DNA from: the human T2T-CHM13v2.0 reference genome, Homo sapiens
Assembly: GCF_009914755.1 (NCBI RefSeq)
Contig: NC_060936.1
DNA: 64,000 bases
Direction: 5' to 3' (one strand)
Positions 41,179 through 54,200 of this stretch are shown here, piece by piece. The translations under genes and the position numbers were made by a program. Positions within the stretch are counted from its first letter, which is position 1, and every line of letters starts with the position of its first letter. The notes below the pieces were generated by a model. That model did no database searches and was not told where the DNA came from. It worked only from the letters and a program-made list of their open reading frames with translations.

Positions 41179-42912
41179 GGGAAGCCATGACAGTCTTCTC
41201 ATTGCCCAATGGCCGTGTGCTTCAGAGGAGGGAAGCCGTGACAGTCTTCTCATTGACCAATGGCCGTGTGCTTCAGAGGAGGGAAGCCATGACAGTCTTC
41301 TCATTGACCAATGGCCGTGTGCTTCAGAGGAGGGAAGCCATGACAGTCTTCTCATTGCCCAATGGCCGTGTGCTTCAGAGGAGGGAAGCCATGACAGTCT
41401 TCTCATTGCCCAATGGCCGTGTGCTTCAGAGGAGGGAAGCCATGACAGTCTTCTCATTGCCCAATGGCCGTGTGCTTCAGAGGAGGGAAGCCATGACAGT
41501 CTTCTCATTGCCCAATGGCCGTGTGCTTCAGAGGAGGGAAGCCATGACAGTCTTCTCATTGCCCAATGGCCATGTGCTTCAGAGGAGGGAAGCCATGACA
41601 GTCTTCTCATTGCCCAATGGCCGTGTGCTTCAGAGGAGGGAAGCCATGACAGTCTTCTCATTGCCCAATGGCCGTGTGCTTCAGAGGAGGGAAGCCATGA
41701 CAGTCTTCTCATTGCACAATGGCCGTGTGCTTCAGAGGAGGGAAGCCATGACAGTCTTCTCATTGCCCAATGGCCGTGTGCTTCAGAGGAGGGAAGCCAT
41801 GACAGTCTTCTCATTGCCCAATGGCCGTGTGCTTCAGAGGAGGGAAGCCATGACAGTCTTCTCATTGCCCAATGGCCGTGTGCTTCAGAGGAGGGAAGCC
41901 ATGACAGTCTTCTCATTGCCCAATGGCCGTGTGCTTCAGAGGAGGGAAGCCATGACAGTCTTCTCATTGCCCAATGGCCGTGTGCTTCAGAGGAGGGAAG
42001 CCATGACAGTCTTCTCATTGACCAATGGCCGTGTGCTTCAGAGGAGGGAAGCCATGACAGTCTTCTCATTGACCAATGGCCGTGTGCTTCATAGGAGGGA
42101 AGCCATGACAGTCTTCTCATTGACCAATGGCCGTGTGCTTCATAGGAGGGAAGCCATGACAGTCTTCTCATTGCCCAATGGCCGTGTGCTTCAGAGGAGG
42201 GAAGCCATGACAGTCTTCTCATTGCCCAATGGCCGTGTGCTTCAGAGGAGGGAAGCCATGACAGTCTTCTCATTGCCCAATGGCCGTGTGCTTCAGAGGA
42301 GGGAAGCCATGACAGTCTTCTCATTGCCCAATGGCCGTGTGCTTCAGAGGAGGGAAGCCATGACAGTCTTCTCATTGCCCAATGGCCGTGTGCTTCAGAG
42401 GAGGGAAGCCATGACAGTCTTCTCATTGCCCAATGGCCGTGTGCTTCAGAGGAGGGAAGCCATGACAGTCTTCTCATTGCCCAATGGCCGTGTGCTTCAG
42501 AGGAGGGAAGCCATGACAGTCTTCTCATTGCCCAATGGCCGTGTGCTTCAGAGGAGGGAAGCCATGACAGTCTTCTCATTGCCCAATGGCCGTGTGCTTC
42601 AGAGGAGGGAAGCCATGACAGTCTTCTCATTGCCCAATGGCCGTGTGCTTCAGAGGAGGGAAGCCATGACAGTCTTCTCATTGACCAATGGCCGTGTGCT
42701 TCAGAGGAGGGAAGCCATGACAGTCTTCTCATTGACCAATGGCCGTGTGCTTCATAGGAGGGAAGCCATGACAGTCTTCTCATTGACCAATGGCCGTGTG
42801 CTTCATAGGAGGGAAGCCATGACAGTCTTCTCATTGCCCAATGGCCGTGTGCTTCAGAGGAGGGAAGCCATGACAGTCTTCTCATTGACCAATGGCCGTG
42901 TGCTTCAGAGGA
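41179..42912. repeat. 51-bp minisatellite (VNTR), 34 complete units, intron 9
   Basis: Unit GGGAAGCCATGACAGTCTTCTCATTGCCCAATGGCCGTGTGCTTCAGAGGA. 1734 bp = 34 x 51, with only a few substitution variants and no spacers. Confidence 0.99.
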
Positions 42913-45900
42913 GTGGGAAGGTGACAGCCACATAACATTTTGACAGGAGACATTCATAGCTTCCTGGGCCTGGCATTAGATCAGCATAAAGGTGCCTGGC
43001 AGCTCTGCCAAGCCATCAGCTAATAAAGGCTCTGCTCCCCTTGGGGAGACGCCTACTTGACTTTAGGGGAGTGTCCAGGCCAAAACGATAACCTTGATAA
43101 GCCAACAAACTCCAGAATCCAGATGGCTAGGTTTATGGTGGAGAATATTGTCAATACCAGCTGAGAAAGACACCAGAAGAAGGATTCCCACACCCTTTTT
43201 AGATACCTGCCTTTGTATTGGTCTACCTTTCACTGTGTAACAGCTATGGTAGGAACAGAGGCTGTGTGGAGGGGCCTATGAGCAGCAGGGGCTGGGTCGG
43301 GTGTTGTGGAGGCCACACTGTGGTTTTGGAGGGACAAGAGTTACCAGGGAGCCACCGGGACCTCTCCTGCAGTTTAAAGTGGATGTGGATAGAGAGCAGC
43401 TGTGTTCCTGGGATCGCTGGCTAGCCAGCCACCCTGCAGGGGCAGAGCAAACAGGCTGTTAGCTCTTGAACTGCCAGGCACACTGGGGGTCCTTGGCAGG
43501 GTGTGGAGCATGAAGGCCCTCTTCCTCTCCAGGGCCTGGAGGACAGCATCCTCTGCCTGCCCGCCAGGGTCCCAGCCCAAACCAGCATCTTCCGAGCCCA
43601 CTTCTCTCTCCAGAGGCTTCTTCATCTTCCCAGTTCCCCAGGATACAAAGCCGCCTTCCTCTTTCCTCTCCTGTGCCCTTCCACAGTTATCAGTGCCTGC
43701 GTTCAGTCAGTCAAGTCGTATGGGCTGTCCTCTTCGCTTCTTCGCTTGGACTTCTCACTCCTTCCCTCCTCTCCCCTCACCTCTCTCCGCCTGGACTCGC
43801 AGCCACCTTGCTGCCCTGCCTTCCAGCCCCGTTCCCACGCAACCTGTGTAATGCAGCCAAGTTCATATTTCTGCAGCCGACTGTGTCACTCCCTTGTTCA
43901 AAAGCTTTGAATGTGTCTCCATGGGTACAGAATAAAGCCTGAACATCTCTCAGTATTTCAGGCATCTCCAACCTGTCCCAGCCAATAGCTTGAACCTTAT
44001 CACTCCCTACTGCCCTGCCGCAAAGCCAGACTGCATCTTGTTTTCCAGAAACGCCTGCTGCTGTCCTGTTTCTGCACCTTTACCCATCTCCCATCCCTCT
44101 GCCTACAGCACCTGTTTCCTCCCCTGCTCCTCCGTGGCCTCCTAGCCCAGGTCGAAGAGCACGTCTTGGCTCAGGCCTCCCAGAGCCCCCATCTCAGGAC
44201 AGGCACTGTCAGCACTCAACCCTCACCTACCCACCAGTCGGTGGGGGTGGCCCAGCCGTCTTGTTATATAGAAAGCTCTTGGGAGGCAGCAGCGTGCATT
44301 GGTAACTTCTTATTCACTCTCCCACTCAGTATGTAGGGCAATGATTTCTATTTCACAGACTTCCCCCAAAAACACATAATGAATTGAATTGAATTCTCTT
44401 CGGATCAGAGAATTAAGGTCTGATAGCCCTACATTCATACCTAGTTGGCCAAATACCATTTTTCCAGTCTTAGCCATGCTCATGGTAGCCCCCAGAGAGT
44501 GTATTGTGGTTGACAGAATGGGCAGAAATGATTTGGCGTTGAGAAAGTGGGCCGAGAGGAAAGTTTGGAAGGAGTTAGAATTATATAGTCCCAGGAGAAG
44601 AGAAAGCCGGGAGTCGACAGAACAGGGACAAAGCTGCCTCATGCCCACATACTCCCCGTAGGAGGGGTCATTGTTTCACTGTATGGCGTCAACTTTTAGA
44701 TTCTGAGTTTGGATCATGGATACATTTCAGCCCTCTGGGGCTCTCCTGGGCTGGGGGGCAGAGGAAGGACAGGGGCAGAGGCATGAGAGGGGATGTCTTT
44801 TTCTTGCATGGAAGGTGAAGAAGGCCTGGATGGTCTCCTTTCATCTTGCCCAAGATCATCTCACATGGGTATTGTTTGCCCCATTTTGCAGATGGGAAAA
44901 GTGAGGCTCGGAAAAGTTAACGTATTCACATTGTTCAGCTTGTAAGTTGCACAGTTATGTGGCCGTTGCTCCCTCCGTACCATGCTGGTCTCTACCACAA
45001 GCCCCCTCACGAATGCCCTTCTCTTCCAACCAGGGGAACCAGAAGTGGGCCCTCCAGTCCCCCAGCCGGAACAGCCTGTGAATTTTCCTTGGTTGTTGCA
45101 TTTATCGCTTCAGCCTAATATGCAAAGCAGGTGGACGGAGAAAGGAGGAAAAGAGCGGAGATGGGGCGGGAGGGCGGGGGCGGTGGTGCTGGTAGTAGGG
45201 CATGGGTTTGATTTTTTTTTAAGTTGAACTTTATGATTCTGAGAACTCTGTTTGAAGCATGGAAAGAAGTTATGGCATTATCTTGCTCACGGAAAGAAAA
45301 AGCGAACTGAGGTCAAGCGCCATCCCTTTGGAATGGTTTAAGAGGCAGTTTTGTTTGGAAGGAGATGTGTCAATTCCGTGACCTATCCGATTTCCTTCAG
45401 TTCAGGGTTCCTTGGGACTGGCTTAGAGGAGGGTGTTGATCAGCCACAATGCTCTGGGGATGGGAGTTCTAGCTTACCACTTTCCTGCCTTGGCAAGTAC
45501 GGTGTGAGGAATGTCATGGAACCGCCTCTGATGATTCTGGGCTGTGCAGTGCTACAGCGTCATCACTTCTGAGTCTCTGATCCCAGGAACCTCAGCACTA
45601 TGGGGCCCCGGGGGGGATCACTGACACGTGGTGTCTTTGGAGAAGTCCTGTCACCTACCTAAAGCCACGGGTCGCTTTAAGAATGGATCTGCCTGTGTCC
45701 ACTTGGCCTTGCCCAGAGTAGGCACTCAGTAAAGAGCTGATTTGACTTTAATTTGGTGCTTTGCAAATCGATCTATACACTTGGGCGTTAAAGTAGCTCA
45801 GCAGAGGGATGGAAGGGGAGATGAATCATCCTGAGTTTCCCTTTGATCCATTTTCTCCAATAACCAGTGCTCAGCCCCGAAACAGAGCTGCCTACACTAC

Positions 45901-46511
45901 AGTTACCCTTGCCTCCCTCACCCACTCCACGCTTCCTTCTCTGTAAACAGTGGGGGTAAGAAGCTCATGCCGCATCAAGATATCTTAACTGTCAGAGGCT
46001 ATCAGTGGAGGGGAGAGTGACAGCTCCAGCCTTTCTCACTACTTGCTGATGTGGAAAATTATCATCCAGTAATGGAGGGAGATTAGCCACGTATTGTATT
46101 TCCATCGTCGGGTGCATGGCATGGGAGGATGATTTATAGAACTGGAACCCTGAAGCTAGTGGAAAGGTCACAGAAAGTGGAATCATTGGCCTCAACACAG
46201 TGGCTAGTGTCTGAGGGAACCTCCTAGAGCCACATGCATGCCAGGCCATCCTGAGTGCTTGAGAGAGACATGGGCACATTAACACACATTTAAGTCCCAA
46301 CAGGGCACCCAGAATACTAAGATAAATAGACACCGTCTCTGTCCTAAGGGGAATTACAGCCTAGTTCAGGAGACAGATGCACCAACAGACAGGTGACAGT
46401 GATGAATTGCAGTCATGAACCAGGGGCTGGAGAAACACAGAAGACAGAGAGCAGAGTTTGGAAGAGGGTGGGAGGGACTGCCTGCCCCAAGAAGGATTCA
46501 TGAAGGTGCCA

Positions 46512-46910
46512 TGTCAGTCAGGGTTGGTGGACCATTGTAATAAGCAGCCCCCAAATGAAATCTCAGTTGCTTAGTACAGTAAAGGTTACTTTTCACCCCA
46601 CGGTGGAGTGTGAGCTGGGGATGGGAGGGAGGAGAGTTCCACCACACCGGTCTTCAGGCCCCAAGGCTGCACCCCTTTTGTGGCTTTGCCACCCCCGGGG
46701 CCTCACAGTCTCCCCTGTCTGCTCTGCATCGGGCCAGCAGAAGAGGGAGCAGAGGGCCTGCTGGAGGCTTCAGCAGCCAGGCCTGGGAGTGTGGGCATTG
46801 CTCGCGACACACCATCGGCCGGAACACAGCTCCCACTTCCGCCTGACTTCCAGGGGACTGGCGAAGAGCAGCTAACTAAGTGCTCGGGGGCAGAAGGACT
46901 GGGGCTGGGT
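46512..46910. mobile_element. MLT1-type (ERVL-MaLR) LTR relic
   Basis: tgtcagtcaggg...aaatctcagttgcttagtacagtaaaggttacttttcac resembles MLT1 LTRs. Subfamily uncertain. Confidence 0.45.
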
Positions 46911-48957
46911 GGGCACAGGACAGTGTTCCTGCTGCAGTTTGGCAGCAGGTCACACGGCCAAAAGATCGCAACCGGACCTTCTAAGCTGAGGGGGCTACAT
47001 TTGCAAAGTTGTAGAAGCAAAATAATTTTTAAAAGAAGGAAAGGAAATGGAATTGCACATGTTTCATGGTGATTTGAGTTCAGGGTGCACAGGGGAGAAG
47101 CCAAAAAGAAAGATCAGGACAGAAAGACTGGGACCTGGTCCCAAAGGGCCTCGGAGTGGGACTCTATCCTGTGGTTAAGGAGGAGCCACCGAAGAGATTT
47201 AAGCAGAGGGATGACAAGGTACCAGTTTACCATCGAAAGGTCACTGTGCAGCCGAGTGTGGACAATGGGCTGGAAGGAGAGAGAAGCTGGAGGCGGAGTG
47301 GGGGTCAGTCAGAGGCTGATAAGGCCTGAGTGGGAGTGGACAGGCGGGGAAGGATTGGAAAGAGCCTGCATCCACTGGGATAGGGTCCTAAGGGCTGGCA
47401 GGCCCTGAACACCTATCCTGGAGGCTCCAGGATAAACACCTTGTGCTTTTCAGCCTCAGGAATGATGGAGGAGGTTGTGCAGTGCCATGCCCCTCTGAGG
47501 GGCTCTTCCTGGGAGTTGGTTTGTCCTGCCTGCTCCTTGGTGGGATCCCTGCCATGACCCTCTGCCCCTTGGCATTCCAAGGCCTGTTTAATACCCATGA
47601 CCATAAACACACCCACAAGCAGTCCCCTTACCCTAAAAGGTGCCACATGGAGAATTCCAAGCAACTCAGCCTATTAAATCCTTGCCTGCATGATTAAATG
47701 CCTCCTGGGGAAAAAGTCGAGTAACAACCCCAAACATAGGCTTTGATGGCTCCATCCTTCAGGATTACTTCACCAAATGGAAATACTCATGCCTCTGGTG
47801 ACAGCTGCAGTGTTTCCAGAAGAGATTTCTACCCTCATATAATAGGAGAGACTTTGTCCTCTTAAATAACTATGATACCTGCTGTAAGTACTGAACTGTT
47901 AATCACCGTGATCACTTTGTGTCGATGCCACACTGCTAGAGGGACAGAACTGAAGCCTTGCCAGAAACAACAGAGAATCTGCTCAAAGAGTTGCCTAATG
48001 AAAAGGGTGGTCTGTTGGGGAGATAGATGGAATTCTTCAAAATAGAAGGCAATTGGCAGCGTTAGGCTGGGGTGAGGGTCAGGAGAAGAGGGGCAGCTGG
48101 GGAGAGAAGGGCTGGCTCATTTATGTCTTACTTTCTTTCTATATCCTGGTACCAGGTGCTGGATTCCTTATTTAGCCATGTGGTTAGCTCCATCGCCATC
48201 CAAAAATTACGGAATTCTAAAACCCTGGGGCATAAAGGGGGCTCCAGGTCCCTGAGTCTGTCCTCATTCCCTGGGCTTAATCATGCATCCCCCGAACCAC
48301 ACCCTACCCCATGTGGGGGCTGTTGGCCCAAAGACAAGTGTCTGTGCTGCTATTCCAGGGCCTTGTCACATCACACTGGAGTGACCACCTCCCAGCTGAC
48401 AGTGCTCCCGGATTCCGTTTCTTTTAGAGATATGAGCAGGTTTCAACACTGTCTCTGGAAAAATCACAGGACATGCTCAAAGGTAGCATCATGGGAACAG
48501 GGCAAGGGCCTTCCACAACAGAACAGGAAGTTGTATTCATTTCCAAACACCTGGCTTTGAGCCGAAACTTGCACTTTACTGATAAGGCCATAAACTCTCC
48601 TCCTCCTGCACCCAGTTTGATTCACCAGCAGGGCCCACACATGTGGTGCCATCCAGAGTCATCCCTCCTCAAAGGAAATGATGGGCAAGAAACGTGTTTG
48701 CACAAGAGTCTCTAAACACAGCCCATGAATGAATGGTCTCCGGTGAAGGTAGACTGGAGTGATAGAGTAGCATGTTCACTTCTACATGGCGCTGCAGAGA
48801 GCCTAAGAAGAGAATGAATAAAGAAAAGTGTAGCCATTTACTCAGTCATAAAAATACACGTCCATTGCAATTTAGAATTAATACAGATTAGTTCCTCCGA
48901 CTGAAGAAAAGTAACCCCAGCAAAGATCTGCAGGGCCGAGCCACTGGACAGAAGAGC

Positions 48958-49072
48958 TTTGATAAGAGAAATTTAAAGGTTTATGCTTTCTAAATAGATA
49001 CATTTGAATTTTGATAAAAGAGAAATTTAAAGGTTTATCCTTTCTGAATATATATATTTGAATTTTGATAAA
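48958..49072. repeat. 54-bp AT-rich tandem duplication (2 copies)
   Basis: agagaaatttaaaggtttat...atttgaattttgataa starts at 48965 and again at 49019. Confidence 0.9.
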
Positions 49073-50591
49073 GTTATTCAGTGTTTTGTTTTATTCTACA
49101 AGAAAGTAAGGATATTAAGACATTTTAAAAATGTCTGGGCAGAGGAGCCCTTGCTGTTCCCTAAATCATGTTCTAAAACCTTATTTGCTAAGCCTGAGTC
49201 TGGTTTTGACTAACATGGCCCAAGTCTTACTCTAAGAACTTCAATAGTGCCTTGTGTGCAGGATCACAGTGTATAAAGATTAGAGGTCAAGCGAAGACAA
49301 ACCGCAGGCCAGCACTGTTAAAGAATGATTACAACTGTGCTGGGACTTGTTTGTGTCTTTTGCTTGAAGTAATAGACTAGATCTACTCTCAACAACTTAC
49401 TGATGAAGTTGAAAAGCCTTAATTATTTGCTTGACAGGCTAGCTTTAAAGGAAAAAGCCTTTGTTTACCTTCTCAATTTCAAGCTTCAAATCAGCCTGTC
49501 CAACCATTGTATCTCATGTCCATGACTCATGAGATATGATAATGGTGTCCACTGTCAGTTATTATGTTAACAAAATTATCTGAAAATAACCAAATGCACA
49601 CCTACTAACACATGCACACACACCAAACACAGGAGCAAGAAGAAATTAAGGACTCCTTTCTTGTCAGGAATATTCAGAATTAGAGTCTCAATGAATTTAC
49701 TAATATTCGCTAAGGTCAGCTGGGTCCAGCTTTGAGTAAAAAGCTTGGCATGATGCTTGCTATGCCTGGCAGAGGCAGAGAAAAAGATCCCTGCTGTCCC
49801 CACAGGGGAGAGCATCTGCTTGACATGAAAAAGTAATGTCAGTGGTGGGTCCCAGCCCCTTGGACCACTTCTGCATTGACTAGGAAGCTAAGGGGTCAGT
49901 TGCTAACCATCAGGCCGAGCATCCTAGGTTTTCATCAAGAAGATCCCAAGCTTCAATAAAAACTGCAGAGTTTCTTCTTGTACCTCTTAGATGGTATACA
50001 ATCATGTCCATGAATTATAATTTCCATAATCCCTTAGTAAACTAATTCTATTAATCTATTAAGTCCTACCCCTTGATTAGATGAGTTGAGAATACAGCAA
50101 TCTGGGATGAATGACCCTCATGTTCCTCTCCCAACAGGATGCCAGAGTTTTTAGTCTGAACAATTGTCGTGTGCTATACAGGAACTAACAGGAGCCAGAG
50201 AAAAGCAGGCAGCCAGACTTCACGGCCCCACTTGATAGCCAGTCTGCAGTTGGCCTCTCCCAGTTTCCTTGCTTGTAAAATGACGGGGGTTAGGTCAGTA
50301 AAAGCCCCTTCCAGCTTTGGAATTTGTTTCTGTAGTTCTCAGTTGACACACGTTAGCTTTAGCTCCAGGAGCCTGGGCCAAACCTGATCATTTCAGTCCA
50401 TCAGACCCCAGAGGAATTCAGTTGATTCTAGCTTCTTAAGTCCTCAGACTCCTGGAATTGCACTTTTCCTCCTGCAGGATTGCCTGCACCCTGAAAGCCA
50501 GCCCGTTCTTCCAACGATCCTCTGCACACTTGTGCACACCCTGATCTCTGCACGGAAAGCCCAGCCCCACCATCTGCCTTCCGAACTGCCA

Positions 50592-51212
50592 TGTTACCAG
50601 GCCAGGCTTGCCCTACCCATCATGCCATGTGCCAATCACGGAGACACAAGTTTTGCAGCGGAGAAAGCGTTTGTTCACAAGGCAGCCAAGCAAGGAGATG
50701 GAAGAGCAGGTCTCAGATCCACTTCCCCAAAGATGGGGTTTTAGGGATATTTATGGGATAGAGGAGCAAGGTCCAAGGCATGGGGAAAGGTGATTGGGGG
50801 TAAGGAAAAGTGAGGCCGTCGGTTATCTGCGCAAGTATAGTCAAGCTTCACAGCTCTTCCTGGGATTCAAGTTCACAAAATGGCATCGTTAGCGTGATCT
50901 GAGGATGGATGTTTGGGCCCTCTGATGCCAAAAGGTCGCCCATTGGACACTCACGCAGGCCCAGTTGGAGGATTAGTGGTCTGAGCTAGCTTGAACTGGA
51001 CAAGAGCTGACCCCAAGCTCTTGAAAAATGACTTAAGCAACCATTATCATGGTGACTTATACATCAGAGATGTTATCTGTAAGGAGGCTTGTAGAAGTTT
51101 AGTTACATATTCCTTAACTACATGACTTTTAGCTGCATATGTTTTAAAATCAACTAGAAACCAGTGAGGCAAGTTAGGTTTGGTGACCTCATTAGGTTAG
51201 CCCTTGGTTTCA
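50592..51212 (-). mobile_element. Solo ERV1-class LTR (MER4/LTR8-group-like), about 620 bp
   Basis: TG...CA termini, and the reverse complement begins TGAAACC. Internal text (caaggcagccaagcaaggagatgg...tctcagatccacttcccc) is typical of this group. Exact family not assignable. Confidence 0.65.
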
Positions 51213-54200
51213 CCACCCCACCTTCAAAGCCCCATCAACCATCCCTTCCTTTTCTGCCTTTTCTATCCTCACCACCTCTTCTCCCCAGCAGGGTCTTACC
51301 CGCTCCTTCATGCTCCCAGAAACCCCATTCCACAGCTGCATCATAGTACTTATTGTATGTGATCTGTAGTGTCTCCCTGTCTGCTGTATTCATTGCATTT
51401 TATCTGTGGCATTCATCTATCTGATACCGTCTGCTGGGTAGTACATCTTGAATGTGGGGACTTTTGTATTACCAGAATCCCATACAGATCCTGGTGCATA
51501 GGCAATCAATGAATATTGGTTGGAAAAGGGTTTGGAAATTGGGGGATAAAAGTAGGGTCTTGGCTTGGAAGTCCTTGGAATTCTGCCTCTGGGAATGGAT
51601 CACTTAGGCCTGCTTTGTCACTTTGTCAGATCTAAAACGAGGTTGGGCCAGATCTGATCCAGCAGAGGATATGTAATTAACCAGGCACATAAATTAATTT
51701 TTAATCTTCCATTCCTTGCCTGTCAACATTTCTTTTTCACTTCTCAAGGAGGACATGATTATCCCATGATGTTTTTCTTCATGTACTAATTTCTCCTCCT
51801 CTTTCTTCTTCAAACCTGTCCACGGAAGTGTCAGAAATACTTCTCATTTTATCCTTTCTCAGGAAGGCCAGCTAGCCAGCTAAGAATAGCAGTCAGGAAA
51901 TGGTTAAGAGAATACCAAGAATAAATTCTGAGTTGCTTCTTTACAACTAGAAAGCTGAATACATTTAAGGCTTGAAAGGTCAACTCCCTTCAAAGGGGGC
52001 AGAGGTTTGATTTCGTCCATTATGTGGTCTTCAGCACAATGCTCATTTCATTCACTGGCTGCAATGGAGATTTATGGAGTAAATGTTATCACAAGCTGAG
52101 ACTTAATGAGAACTCAGCTGTATCTCCTGGATGTAGTGGAAAGCAACCATTTTGGTAATAAATAGAGAACAGCATCTAATTTGTAAATTCCTTTTTCCGT
52201 TGCTAAGTTTAATCAGATCAGTGAAACTGAAGGGAATTGTTGATGACCAAAAATTATTTTCCATGCCTTAATCTGGCCAGGAAACATTACTCCTAATGGA
52301 AATGGCCTGTTGCTCTGGCGATGGAAGGGGATGACATTTGTCATTAGACTAACCCAATTGTTGCATATTGATAAATATGTTTAGGCCAAAATCTATTTAA
52401 AACCCAATAGAAGCTGAGGCCCCATGTTGCCCTGGTACTGGTGTTACTGGTTCCTAGAAGTAAAAACTCTTTCCAGTTAAACTACAGAGATCTGTAGCAG
52501 TGGCCATCCTAAAGATTTCTTCTTGCCCTCAGTGATCATCCAGAGCAAGGCCAGAAGGACCATGATGGAGCCCAAATTGTGGTCATAAGTGACCTTTTCT
52601 GAATGGCAGAGAGTGGGTTCAGAGAACAGAACACAATCTCTGGCAGGGCCTTGGCTTACTTTAGGGTTAAAACAAATTCAAGGGGGCACAAAAGGGAGTT
52701 GAATGCAGCTCTCTTTTTTCCAGCGGTGCTTCAGTTTTTTTCGTGATGAATCATAAAGATCATTTCCAGGATAGGGACCATGCCATGGGTAAGTGACCGT
52801 TAACACGCAGTAGGAACTTTATGAATACTGCATGACGAGAATGACAGCAATGAGGAACACATCTGAGAAGCTGATGGCCCCAGAGGGAACACGGCTAACT
52901 GTGACATCTTTAGGGGGTGGCCCTGAGAATGCTGTATCCCTTCCAGTAAGAGTACCGCCTCCAGGCGACCTTTAGACGCACAGCAAGGGGTCCCGAGGAC
53001 ATTCTTCTCTTGGCCTGCACTTGCTTTTATATTCATGTGCTTTTGTATACATGCCCAGTGTCCAGGCATCCTACACACTCAGAGCTCTAATACTGAATAT
53101 TAGGAACGACAGCTACTGCTCATCAAGCACCTCCTTTTGCCCATATTATCTTTGCCCTCACTTCACATTTTCAGATGAGAAAAGTGAGGTTCAGATCATT
53201 GGCCTGAGGCCAGTTCGCTAACAGGAGGTTTACCCAGGCTTACACCCAGGCACGCCCCATCTGACTCGAAAGCCTTCCCTCTTTCTCTTTTGTCAGAGAG
53301 GCAAGCACATGGTAACCCCCCAGAATCATGAGCCTGGTGATAGGAGAAGTGGAGTGGAAAGAAGCCCTAGAAAGGGAGTATGGAGACCTGGTTCCTAGTC
53401 CCAGCTCTGATACTAACTGGCCCTGTAACCTAAACAACCCTTTCCTCTCTGGGCCTCAATTTCCTCATAGGTAAAAGTAATACCCAAAGGATCTCTAATT
53501 GTCTGTTAATCTTTCTGCATTCCAATCCCCTTGAAGCCCCATCCAGCCCTGTCTTTCTCTTGGAGTTTCACATTCCAGAACAAGTCTGTGGCTAAGCTGA
53601 GGAGAGGATGCCCTCATTTTGCAAAGAGACGCTTCTCCCATCTTGGCCAGGCAGCAGAGGTCACAAGAGAGGAAGTGTCCACTGCATAAGGACTCTGGAC
53701 AGCTTCTCTGCCAGCACGCATCCAGCAGCTGACTCTTTCCTCGGGGCCCACGCTCTCCTGCCCTTTTCCCAGAGCCACTACCCTGACAATGTCTGTCTAC
53801 CTTGAGAGCACTGAACAGTAGAACCTCAGTGCCGGGAGGTGTCCTGAGGTTCTCTCCTTCTCTCCCGTCATCCCCACCTATGTGTGAAACTCCTCTACAA
53901 CACCTTCACTACGGAGTCTCTCCACCCTGCTTCTTACACACTCTCCGTGTAGGAACTTACCAGTCACAAAAAACCCTTCCATCTTTGTGCAAGCCTCAGC
54001 TGCTGGAAGGTCTTCCAGCTGACACCTGCAGCTATTGAGTGACAGTGGAAAGACAGTGTCCTGGCTGCAGTGGCATCCTCCCGATGGTGTGGTGAATTAT
54101 CCTGGCATGGTTAATTACTCACACTAATTGCTTTTCTGTCACTGCGCTCCCTCCTGCCTCCTATGTTTCCATGAGGGGTTGTGCTTTTGAGATCTTTTCC

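Noticed and set aside
41179-42912. CRISPR-like appearance of this array and of 61227-63601
   Set aside because: Units are head-to-tail with no unique spacers, there are no cas genes, and the context is a primate intron.
41164-42957. 597-aa, 582-aa and 305-aa ORFs over the 51-mer array
   Set aside because: They are a by-product of a 51-bp (17-codon) unit lacking stops in three frames. There is no promoter, poly(A) or non-repetitive domain, so they were not called as genes.
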